Counted from the first letter of the stretch, positions 9,122 to 17,729 are shown. The stretch: 64,000 nt of DNA from an uncultured virus (IMG/VR IMGVR_UViG_3300008624_000002) (IMGVR_UViG_3300008624_000002); one strand, 5' to 3'. The notes: generated from the letters alone by a model not told the origin. Numbers and translations are program-made.

Positions 9122-9934
9122 TTAGACAGTGTGGTCGATTCTTTTGAACTTATATACTGTTGAGTTTGTAGTAGCACTTGCAACCCTAAGTCTAAGACTG
9201 CCACTATTGATATCAACTGAGAATGTTCCTAAGTCACTAGAACCACCTTGCAATACTGTTCCAAATTGAGATATAGATGCATTTGTTCCGTCATGAACAA
9301 CATGAACTTCTGTTATTTGATAATCACTTCCTGTAGCGTCTGAGATTGATATAGAGTATTTTGCACCTCTATATGTGGCAATTGCAAGACTATCTAAGGT
9401 CGATGCACTTGTCGATGTTGTAGTTAATGTTCCAGATACTAAATCACGATTTGCAAATGCTAATGTTCCACTACCATTTGTTTGTAGAACTTGATTTGCA
9501 GAACCATCACTTGTAGGATATGATAAACTTGCAGCTGTTAGAGTAGTAGAAGTTAAATCACCAATTCTTAAATCTGCATATGCATAATTTGTTCCACCAG
9601 TATTTACAGTTGTGGTTGGTTCTTCTTCTAAACCATCAAATAGTTTCCATGTAGAATCTGATGCATCTCTGAATAAACCTGTAAATTCTGATGCTCCACC
9701 ATCTGATAAACCATCGTTATAGTTTCCATAGAAACCAATATCAATTAAATCGGAAGAAGTGTTCTGATTTGCATATTCATACAACGAATCACCAACTGAT
9801 GTGGTGGTTGAATTAACTGTCACCGAAGTTCCTGTGACTGTTAAATTTCCATCAACAGTTAAATTTCCATCTACTTGGGTATTTAATTCGGATTGCAGAC
9901 CTAAATCTGCATAAAATTTCGCTTTAGTTGCCAT
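9122..9934 (-). CDS. Tail fibre/adaptor protein
   Basis: GNLTVTG..TVNS motif; C-terminal YRGAKY...E...VHDG beta domain shared with the next two genes. Confidence 0.7.
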   Translation of the reverse strand: MATKAKFYADLGLQSELNTQVDGNLTVDGNLTVTGTSVTVNSTTTSVGDSLYEYANQNTSSDLIDIGFYGNYNDGLSDGGASEFTGLFRDASDSTWKLFDGLEEEPTTTVNTGGTNYAYADLRIGDLTSTTLTAASLSYPTSDGSANQVLQTNGSGTLAFANRDLVSGTLTTTSTSASTLDSLAIATYRGAKYSISISDATGSDYQITEVHVVHDGTNASISQFGTVLQGGSSDLGTFSVDINSGSLRLRVASATTNSTVYKFKRIDHTV

Positions 9935-9939
9935 AATGT

Positions 9940-9947
9940 TATTTATG
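9940..9947 (-). promoter_or_regulatory. Late promoter CATAAATA
   Basis: Lies just after a terminator, 5 nt before the ATG at 9934. Confidence 0.65.
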
Positions 9948-9967
9948 TTATTTTAGGATTGTAAGAC

Positions 9968-9994
9968 AAAAAAGGGGACCCGAAGGTCCCCTTT
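9968..9994 (-). terminator. Rho-independent terminator
   Basis: Minus strand reads AAAGGGGACC-TTCG-GGTCCCCTTT-TTT: perfect stem, UUCG tetraloop, U tract. Confidence 0.9.
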
Positions 9995-10014
9995 AAACAT
10001 AATGTTTTGTTTCT

Positions 10015-10425
10015 TTAAGCGTCTACTAAAATTCTCTCGAACTTAATTACACTTGACGAGTTAGATGCTGGTGTGCATCTTAATCTGACATTACTGCCAG
10101 ATATGTCTGCATCAAATGTCGCTATAGTTGCATCCTTTAATGTGCCGTATTGTGTTATTGTCACAGCCGAACCATCATGGACTAACATTATTTCCGTAGA
10201 GTGAAAGTCACTTCCTCTAGACATTGCAACGATGTATCTTGCAGCTCTAAAACTTGCGTGAGCAAATGTATCTAAATTAAACTGAGTAGTGGCTGTTTTT
10301 GTAGTAGCCCCTCTAGTCTTCTGTTTAGATGTCATAGATTTAGTAGTTGTGATACTATCTGATGTTGAGTCATAAGTAAGGTGTCTAATCAACTCTGCGA
10401 GTTTAAAACTATTTGTTATAGCCAT
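10015..10425 (-). CDS. Small virion structural protein (fibre adaptor domain)
   Basis: FRAARY...TEIMLVHDG...QYG domain paralogous to its neighbours. Confidence 0.65.
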   Translation of the reverse strand: MAITNSFKLAELIRHLTYDSTSDSITTTKSMTSKQKTRGATTKTATTQFNLDTFAHASFRAARYIVAMSRGSDFHSTEIMLVHDGSAVTITQYGTLKDATIATFDADISGSNVRLRCTPASNSSSVIKFERILVDA

Positions 10426-10439
10426 TTTTTATATCCCCC

Positions 10440-11264
10440 TTATGTATGCCTTATTTGGAAAGTGTCTACTGTTGTGTTAGTGTTAGCAGGAGTACATAAA
10501 AGTCTCATGTTTCCTGAATTAACATCTGCACTCAGCGTAAACAACGATGCCGTTGAATATACATCTCCGTATTGAACGAAAAATGCGGCCGATCCATTAT
10601 TAATTAACAAAACTTCAGCAGCGTGGGTGCCAGCAGAAGCATGCGTTGCACACAACACATACTTGATTGCCTTATTCGCAACTGCATTGGAACTCAATAC
10701 TTGGTTTGCGTTAGTTGTAGTGAAAGCTGTAGCAGTAAAATAACCTTGGACTAAGTCCGCAGCTGTTATTGCTACTACTTCTACAACATCACCTGATATT
10801 GCGTTCTGTGCTAATGTGACGGTAGAGGTATTGGTTGCAGTATAATCTGAACCACCATCTATCAATTTAACACCATTTAAGTATACTTGTTCTGCGCCTA
10901 CTGTGTAAGATAATGAATTTCCATCATCATCATTACCTGTAATAGCAGTTGTATTACTTGTTATGGTATATTTGAATATTGATATACCGGAACCTCCGAT
11001 ATCGCCCCATGAGAGCGTACCTGAACCGTTGGTCTTTATTACTTGACCATTTGTACCATCACTGGTTGGGAATGTTATAGCGTCATTGATAGTAAAAGTT
11101 TTTGGGATTGACCCAACTTCTACTATAGCAGCTGAACCGTCATTTTTCTCAGTGTATACCCTACCGTGATAGGTGTTTATCGCCAACTCACCAAGTGCTA
11201 AATCACTTGTAGCTGGAGTATCATTCTGAGTAGAACTTCGTTTAAACTGAATAACTGTTGCCAT
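10440..11264 (-). CDS. Tail fibre protein with Mtd_N-like N-terminus
   Basis: MATVIQFKRS...P...L..GELAIN; VYLNGVKL..GSDY module; C-terminal adaptor domain. Confidence 0.7.
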   Translation of the reverse strand: MATVIQFKRSSTQNDTPATSDLALGELAINTYHGRVYTEKNDGSAAIVEVGSIPKTFTINDAITFPTSDGTNGQVIKTNGSGTLSWGDIGGSGISIFKYTITSNTTAITGNDDDGNSLSYTVGAEQVYLNGVKLIDGGSDYTATNTSTVTLAQNAISGDVVEVVAITAADLVQGYFTATAFTTTNANQVLSSNAVANKAIKYVLCATHASAGTHAAEVLLINNGSAAFFVQYGDVYSTASLFTLSADVNSGNMRLLCTPANTNTTVDTFQIRHT

Positions 11265-11296
11265 ATCTTCCTCCTATAAACAAGCGTTATTATTAA

Positions 11297-12856
11297 CTAA
11301 AATGTACCGCCGTCTATACCAGTAATAGTGACTGCGCCACTGGTTACTGTGAAGTTTGCACTAGCGAAAGAAGCCACACCCTTATTGGTTGTAGATGCTT
11401 CTTCACCAACGATTGTTATACTTCCGTTACCATTAGTGATATCGATACCTTCACCAGCTGTTAATGTTCCAGCTGCAAAGTCACCATTACCACCATGACC
11501 AATCAATAATTGACCAGCTGATGGAGCGGATCCATCTACTGATGTTATTGAACCTGAAAGAGCAAGACCTGTTGCTTCTAATCCACCAAATACTGCGTTA
11601 CCAGCACTTCCTGAGAATACCTCAGAAGTATTAGTAGCATCTGCAATAAAGGTAAACTTGCTTGTTGAATCGTCAAATCCAAAGAATCCAACTTTAGCAG
11701 CTGAACCATTGTGATATCTAAACTCAATACCTCTGTCTTTGTTATCGTCAGAGCCTGGAGCAGTATCACCACCAACCGTAAAGATTGGATCGTCCACTGT
11801 TGTAGTTGTTGAATTAACTGTTGTGGTTGTACCATTAACTGTTAATCCACCTGTAACCACAAGGTTATTTCCTATAGTCACATTATTTGGAAGTCCAACT
11901 GTTAAGGTATTACCCGAACCAGCTGTTTCGATTTCGTTTGCAGTACCAGCGATAGTTAGTGTTTCACTATCTAAGTCAATGGATAACGCACCACCTGAAT
12001 CACCTTGGAAATCCAAGTCTGAACCAGTTAGTTGTGTATCGACATAATCTTTAATTGCAGCTGATGTTGCTAGAGTTGTGTCGTTATCGTTTGAACCGAT
12101 ACCTTCTGACTCTAATACAATTGTTGCATCAGCGAAAGATGCGAATACTACTGCATCGTCTGCCAATTTGTCTGCTGTGACTGCATCATTCACAATAGAA
12201 GCGGTGACAACTGCGTTAGATGCTAATTGGTCTGCACCAACAGCGTCATCAGCAATCATCGCTTGTTCTACAGCGTCATTTGCGATTGTTATTGCACCGG
12301 TATCTGCCATGGTAGCATCACCTGACATGATGTTATCTATCCATTTAGATGTACCTGTGTCGTACAACATCATCGAACCATCAGCAGGAGTTGTCAGATT
12401 AGTATCTGTTGCACCTGCGACAGTAGATGTTGTTGAAGCGAATGATAGGACTCCACTTCCGTTAGTTGCTAAAACTTGGTTTGCACTACCATCTGAACCT
12501 GGTAAAGTCCATGTGACATTACTTGCCACACTGTTAGGGGCTTTAAGACCTACATAGTTAGAACCGTTATCGGTATCTTCCATAATCTTTAAAGTACCAC
12601 CTGTAGATGCACTATTACCGATTTTAAAATCAGCAGGAGTTGCAGTTGAACCAGCAAGCATATCAGTATAATACTTACCACCAATCGCTTGGATTAATGC
12701 GGTAGAGTTATCTGAATCTACTGACTCAATATAAAGTTTTGCACTAGCACCGGAATTCGACCTATCTTGCACATATGCCAATTCGCCTTCAGCTAAATCA
12801 CTGATTGCTGGCGCACTCGCTCCTGTGCTTCGTTTGATTTGAATTACTGTTGCCAT
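11297..12856 (-). CDS. Tail fibre protein with Mtd_N-like N-terminus
   Basis: MATVIQIKRS...LAEGELAY; (I/L)ADDAV repeats; DDNKDRGIEF; ends IDGGTF. Confidence 0.75.
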   Translation of the reverse strand: MATVIQIKRSTGASAPAISDLAEGELAYVQDRSNSGASAKLYIESVDSDNSTALIQAIGGKYYTDMLAGSTATPADFKIGNSASTGGTLKIMEDTDNGSNYVGLKAPNSVASNVTWTLPGSDGSANQVLATNGSGVLSFASTTSTVAGATDTNLTTPADGSMMLYDTGTSKWIDNIMSGDATMADTGAITIANDAVEQAMIADDAVGADQLASNAVVTASIVNDAVTADKLADDAVVFASFADATIVLESEGIGSNDNDTTLATSAAIKDYVDTQLTGSDLDFQGDSGGALSIDLDSETLTIAGTANEIETAGSGNTLTVGLPNNVTIGNNLVVTGGLTVNGTTTTVNSTTTTVDDPIFTVGGDTAPGSDDNKDRGIEFRYHNGSAAKVGFFGFDDSTSKFTFIADATNTSEVFSGSAGNAVFGGLEATGLALSGSITSVDGSAPSAGQLLIGHGGNGDFAAGTLTAGEGIDITNGNGSITIVGEEASTTNKGVASFASANFTVTSGAVTITGIDGGTF

Positions 12857-12901
12857 TTTTTATTCCTCTAAAATAAATTGTGTAAATGAAATTAATTTAA
12901 T

Positions 12902-12977
12902 TTTCTCTTCACTATCCGAGAAAGAACATATTGTATCTATCCTCTCACTATGAGGTTCGTGTCTCACTGAATGACAC
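12902..12977 (-). promoter_or_regulatory. Candidate structured 5' leader: three hairpins with AGUGA in each loop
   Basis: GTGTC-ATTCAGTGA-GACAC; CCTC-ATAGTGA-GAGG; TTTCTC-GGATAGTGAA-GAGAAA. Confidence 0.55.
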
Positions 12978-12994
12978 ATTGATGTTTGTAATAG

Positions 12995-13002
12995 TATTTA
13001 TA
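12995..13002 (-). promoter_or_regulatory. T4 late promoter TATAAATA
   Basis: Exact consensus, intergenic. Confidence 0.8.
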
Positions 13003-13019
13003 CGATTAGAATGCTCTAT

Positions 13020-13403
13020 CTAAAATCTTTTGTGATAATAGATTCCGTTGTGAGTTATAACTAAACCTTGAACACTTGTTATCCATTTCAAAGCTTTGAG
13101 TCTATCATCTGTAGTATTGTCTAGAAGTTCATAGATAATAACATTGCCCACAAGTTTTATAGCGACTACATCCATTTTATGGGGTGTTTCGCCTAATATT
13201 GGATTCTTTTCAATGAGAGGACAATGAGGTTTTTTCTGACAATTTATCATCCTGAATGTTTGATATGTGTCTATAGCAGATAATGTTAAGTATGAACGCC
13301 AGAGTTTTTTTTCATCATCTTCCCAATCATCTGCTGGAAGAGCTACAGCATTAGAACTAACAACAGCAGCCGTAATTAAAAGGAATGTTAATAACCACTT
13401 CAA
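13020..13403 (-). CDS. Small exported/membrane protein
   Basis: Signal-peptide-like N-terminus (MKWLLTFLLITAAVV..A); D.YQT...E.NPILG motif. Confidence 0.55.
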   Translation of the reverse strand: MKWLLTFLLITAAVVSSNAVALPADDWEDDEKKLWRSYLTLSAIDTYQTFRMINCQKKPHCPLIEKNPILGETPHKMDVVAIKLVGNVIIYELLDNTTDDRLKALKWITSVQGLVITHNGIYYHKRF

Positions 13404-13416
13404 TGGTCTTCCTAAT

Positions 13417-13656
13417 TTAAAAAGTTCCGCCGTCTAAAACAGTTGTGGTCTCCCACTTATCAGTGGTTGCATTATAAGTTAAAAGTCCATCATCTGTTTC
13501 TGTCGCATTTACATCTGCGAGTTCTTGAATACTCTTAGCAGATAGGTCGGCTGCTCCTCCACTACCAACTGATACTTGTTTTGCTCTCAAGTTGGTTGTA
13601 TTTGATAATACACCACCTATTGTAGCGACTCTTGATACTACTCCTTTAATTGCCAT
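13417..13656 (-). CDS. Small fibre connector protein
   Basis: EL.DV.....DGLL.YN..T.KW module; ends LDGGTF. Confidence 0.6.
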   Translation of the reverse strand: MAIKGVVSRVATIGGVLSNTTNLRAKQVSVGSGGAADLSAKSIQELADVNATETDDGLLTYNATTDKWETTTVLDGGTF

Positions 13657-13988
13657 TATCTGGTTACTCCTGGTGTTATAATTGCTTGTCCTTCAACAAC
13701 TCTTGTTATTTTTCCTCCGGAACTAGTTATGTTCATGTCATAAACATATCTACCCGCCGTTAATGCTGCTGTTTGTGTATCAGTTAAAGACATTGTTATT
13801 TTTCCGTCAGCCGGTGTTCCATGAGCAGTAGTGAAATCTACTTTGGTACTAGAACCATATGTCTTTCTAATCTGACCCGCTGATGAATATCCAGTTAAAT
13901 TTAGAGTTTCACCGGTTGCATCAGACACATCGACTACTATTTCAAAGTCTGTTCCTTGGTCAATAAATAAATTTGCGATAATAGCCAT
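13656..13988 (-). CDS. Virion structural protein (fibre attachment, LtfC/BppU-like)
   Basis: NL.IDQG.DF...LNLTGY...QIRK...GRYVYD...RVVEG...TPGVT, a pattern common in T4-like marine phages. Confidence 0.65.
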   Translation of the reverse strand: MAIIANLFIDQGTDFEIVVDVSDATGETLNLTGYSSAGQIRKTYGSSTKVDFTTAHGTPADGKITMSLTDTQTAALTAGRYVYDMNITSSGGKITRVVEGQAIITPGVTR

Positions 13989-13993
13989 ACAAC

Positions 13994-14001
13994 TATTTAT
14001 A
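13994..14001 (-). promoter_or_regulatory. T4 late promoter TATAAATA
   Basis: Exact consensus, 5 nt before the ATG at 13988. Confidence 0.8.
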
Positions 14002-14005
14002 CATT

Positions 14006-14851
14006 TTAATTACTAAACTGGCCTGTGGGTACTGATTGATGAATTTTATTAACATTTGATGCATCCTTCTTAACGAACACTTCGTCAACTTTCTCTACTG
14101 TATTTGGTGCAGTTTTCATGAAAACACCTTTAGCTTTTGCAACTTGATTTATTTGTCTGGTACCAATATATGGTGATTGAGCATCATAGGGACTTCTGTG
14201 GTTATATGTTGCAGGAGACCTATGTTGATATGTAAAAGGTGACCTATGGTCGTATGTCAATGGCGACCTATGGTCATATGTAAATGGACTTTGTTTAACT
14301 CTAATATTGGGTTCTTGAGCAGCCCTAATATTAGGCTCTTGTTGGTTTCTTATATTTGGTTCTTGAACAACAAGGGGCTGTCTTGCAATATAAGGTGTCT
14401 GATTGTTTCTTATATTAGGTTCTTGTGCATCACTAGGTTGTTGTTTATTAGAAGTAGCTTGTGCGTTTCTTATATTCGGTTGTCGAGCACTATACGTGAA
14501 CGGCGACCTATGGTCATATGTAAAAGGCGACCTATGGTCGTATGTAAACGGCGACCTATGTTGATAGGTAAACGGCACTCTATGTTGATAGGTAAACGGA
14601 CTTCTATGTTGATAGGCATATGGTGACCTATGGTTGTATGTAAACGGTGACCTATGTTGATAGGTAAACGGACTCTGCTTACTTGCAATATAAGGATAGG
14701 GGTTTTGTTGATTCCTTATATTGGGTTCCTGAGAAGCCCTAATATTTGGCTCTTGAGCAGACTTAATCGTAGGTTGCTGAGCGTTCTTAATAACAGGTTG
14801 CTGCTGACTTGCAATGTATGGATAAGGGTATGGTGTTTGATTCTGTGCCAT
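14006..14851 (-). CDS. Pro-repeat fibre protein, partner B of pair 2, with a C-terminal hairpin cap
   Basis: 281 aa; same repeat vocabulary as pair 1; C-terminal KGVFMKT...KVDEVFVK resembles the N-terminal cap of 5038-6663. Confidence 0.8.
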   Translation of the reverse strand: MAQNQTPYPYPYIASQQQPVIKNAQQPTIKSAQEPNIRASQEPNIRNQQNPYPYIASKQSPFTYQHRSPFTYNHRSPYAYQHRSPFTYQHRVPFTYQHRSPFTYDHRSPFTYDHRSPFTYSARQPNIRNAQATSNKQQPSDAQEPNIRNNQTPYIARQPLVVQEPNIRNQQEPNIRAAQEPNIRVKQSPFTYDHRSPLTYDHRSPFTYQHRSPATYNHRSPYDAQSPYIGTRQINQVAKAKGVFMKTAPNTVEKVDEVFVKKDASNVNKIHQSVPTGQFSN

Positions 14852-14863
14852 TATATTCTCCTA

Positions 14864-16132
14864 CTAAGCGCTAGATTCTCCATTTGCTTCTGCCCTTAAA
14901 GACCAATCACAAACATATGTAATTGTAGGTAAAGATGAATGTTCAAAAATCAGATTAAGGGAAAAATCCGCTCTTTCAACCGTTGGTTCACCACCACTTT
15001 CTTCACTTTCAGCAGTAACCTCCCACTCAAAATACTTAGTGTCAACAGTTGCCGGAACTGTTGTAGCTGAAGCAGTTATGGTGCTGGCGTTATCATCACC
15101 ATCGGTATTAAATGTTCCATAAGTTCCGGTTTCTTGTGGAGTTGTTTGTGTAAATTTTACTGTATATGCACCGTCTCCAGCAAGCGTATGGTCAGAAGAA
15201 TTCACATAAAAGGCCCGAGTCAAAGTCGAATGACTAGAAGTTAAAGCACCAGCATGGTCTCTATGAGCAATAGTTTTAACCCAAGCTTCAAGACGACCAG
15301 ACACATATTTACAGGTTACTCTAATTCTTACATAACTATTAGAAGTATCATCCATTACGAAATCAATAGCTTGACCGTAAACATGAGTAATATCATCTAC
15401 CCAATTAAATGGTTTTGTTCCTGATGCATTATATGTTAAAGGTGACCTATGGTCGTATGTAAACGGAGACCTATGGTTGTATGTAAACGGTGACCTATGG
15501 TCATATGTAAACGGTGACCTATGTTGATAGGTAGTAGGTGTTTGCCCTTGTCTAGCATATGTCACAGGTTGTCTTCCTTGACCAATATTAGGTTCTTGAC
15601 CAGACTTAATCGTAGGTTGTCTTCCTTGAGCAATATTGGGTTCCTGAGCACTCTTAATGTTTGGTTGTTGAGCAGACTTAATCGTAGGTTGTTGAGCACC
15701 CCTAATATTTGGCTCTTGAGCAGACTTAATCGTAGGTGCTCGAGCACTAGCAATATAAGGAATTCTATGATTATAAGTTGAAGGGTGTTGATATATTATA
15801 GGATGCCTATAGGTCGAAGGACTTCTGTGGTCGTATGTAGCAGGTTGTCTTGCTTGATATGATGCTCGAGAAATACCAGGACTTCTATGTTGATATGTAG
15901 AAGGCGACCTATGGTCATATGTAAATGGTGACCTATGGTCGTATGTTAAAGGTTGTCTAGCCGGTCTAATATTTGGCTCTTGCTGAGACCTAATGTTAGG
16001 TTCTTGAGCATTCCTAATATTAGGTTCTTGCGTATTACGAATATTAGGTTCTTGAGCAATTACAGGTTGTCTTGCGTTGTAAGGCTGTTGAAAAGTTCCT
16101 AAACCATGTTTTATAAAAATATCGTCTGACAT
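14864..16132 (-). CDS. Pro-repeat fibre protein, partner A of pair 2, with a ~180 aa C-terminal globular domain
   Basis: 422 aa; repeats span aa 17-240, followed by a non-repetitive beta-rich domain. Confidence 0.8.
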   Translation of the reverse strand: MSDDIFIKHGLGTFQQPYNARQPVIAQEPNIRNTQEPNIRNAQEPNIRSQQEPNIRPARQPLTYDHRSPFTYDHRSPSTYQHRSPGISRASYQARQPATYDHRSPSTYRHPIIYQHPSTYNHRIPYIASARAPTIKSAQEPNIRGAQQPTIKSAQQPNIKSAQEPNIAQGRQPTIKSGQEPNIGQGRQPVTYARQGQTPTTYQHRSPFTYDHRSPFTYNHRSPFTYDHRSPLTYNASGTKPFNWVDDITHVYGQAIDFVMDDTSNSYVRIRVTCKYVSGRLEAWVKTIAHRDHAGALTSSHSTLTRAFYVNSSDHTLAGDGAYTVKFTQTTPQETGTYGTFNTDGDDNASTITASATTVPATVDTKYFEWEVTAESEESGGEPTVERADFSLNLIFEHSSLPTITYVCDWSLRAEANGESSA

Positions 16133-16136
16133 ATCA

Positions 16137-17729
16137 TTATATTAAAAAGTATATATGGCCGACTGATTTACCTGAACCACTTGGCAAACCACTAGTTAAA
16201 TCACTATCAGTTATAATACTATAGTCTAACTCGACATCGTCTCCATCTAACTTAACCCCATTACTTGTATTCACACTTAAAGTTGTTTGTCCATCTAATT
16301 GAGTGTCACTACCACCATCTGGATTGTCAACATATGCTTTTGCCAAACCACTACCAGCGACAATAACATCATTAACCCTATCGTCTGTAAAGTATTTGTT
16401 ATTTGAACCCTCTGATACAGCATCAGTTGTATTTGAATTGTTTGAAGGTTCCCAATAACTATTACCTGCGTCCCATACTAGTATTTGACCTGCGGTTGGA
16501 GAACTTGTATAATTAATATCAGATAATGCAGCTGCAGTTGAAGCACCAATTCTAGCATTTGCACGAGCATCTGCTCTTGCATCTGTATAATAAAGATTAC
16601 TTGAATCTTCATCAATATGAGAAGTGTTTAATTCTATATTTGCAGTACCATTAAATGCTACACCACTTATATTTCTTGCAGTGGCCAACGCAGTAGCTGT
16701 GTCTGCATTTCCTGTGACATTACCTGTTAGATTGCCATGAAAATCTGTAGCGTACATTTTGTTGAATTTTCTAGATGAGATACCAACTTGTTGTGTATTG
16801 TTTGTATTAGGTGTTATATTTGAATCAACTGTTCCAGCAAATGTGATTGTATCTGAAATCGCATTACCCAAGTCGACATTGCCATTTGCTACTAATGCGC
16901 CTGTTAATGTTGTAGTGCCTGTGACACCTAAAGTACCACCCAATAGTGTATTGCCAGATATATCAGCAACACCATTAATATCTAATGAACCACCTTCTAA
17001 TTCTCCGGATGCGGTTATGTTTACTGCACCTGTTATTGAACCACTTGATAATGATGCAGTGCCATCTGATACAGTTGGAAACTGAACTTTCTTACCTGAT
17101 ACTGTTGATATAACATCATCTTCTGCAAAAGTTTTGCCTGCAAGTTGAATTTTATATCCTGATTCTAATAAAGTTGTTGCAGGCGAATTAGTACCATTTA
17201 AAATAACACCATTTGCGTTTGAATTATAAATTGTATTTTCAGCACTCTTCTGGAAGAATGATGTTGCAGAACCACTAATTTCGGTTCCTATAAATGCACC
17301 AGTGTATGAGTATATTGTAAGTCTATCATTAGCAGACATTGCATTTGCTTGACCCGATGCGTAAGTTCCTTGTAATACTACTGATTCATGATTACCAGCA
17401 CCATCTGGACTTGCAACAATGTAATCTACATCTTCTACTAAGTGTCTTTCGTTTTTATAAACTTGAATCTTATCTTTTCTAAAGAGAAGTGTATTTGAAA
17501 AATTATCTGCTCCAGTAAAGGTGACTTGGTTTGCTGTTGCAACATATACATATTCTTGTAAGAAGAATTGTTTATTGTCTAATACATTAAGTGCATCTAT
17601 TACAGTATCATTTGAACCAAGTTTCATGGAACCATTCAAACCATTGATGTCTCCCACATCGTATGCGAGTTCATTATATTGCTTTCTAAAATCTTCTATT
17701 GTTGCAAAATTGTCTACTGTTTTAGCCAT
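16137..17729 (-). CDS. Tail fibre protein
   Basis: T.EDFR..YNEL N-terminus; GNLTGNVTGNADTATALATAR; EGSNNKYFTDDR; ends LP.....GHIYFLI. Confidence 0.7.
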   Translation of the reverse strand: MAKTVDNFATIEDFRKQYNELAYDVGDINGLNGSMKLGSNDTVIDALNVLDNKQFFLQEYVYVATANQVTFTGADNFSNTLLFRKDKIQVYKNERHLVEDVDYIVASPDGAGNHESVVLQGTYASGQANAMSANDRLTIYSYTGAFIGTEISGSATSFFQKSAENTIYNSNANGVILNGTNSPATTLLESGYKIQLAGKTFAEDDVISTVSGKKVQFPTVSDGTASLSSGSITGAVNITASGELEGGSLDINGVADISGNTLLGGTLGVTGTTTLTGALVANGNVDLGNAISDTITFAGTVDSNITPNTNNTQQVGISSRKFNKMYATDFHGNLTGNVTGNADTATALATARNISGVAFNGTANIELNTSHIDEDSSNLYYTDARADARANARIGASTAAALSDINYTSSPTAGQILVWDAGNSYWEPSNNSNTTDAVSEGSNNKYFTDDRVNDVIVAGSGLAKAYVDNPDGGSDTQLDGQTTLSVNTSNGVKLDGDDVELDYSIITDSDLTSGLPSGSGKSVGHIYFLI

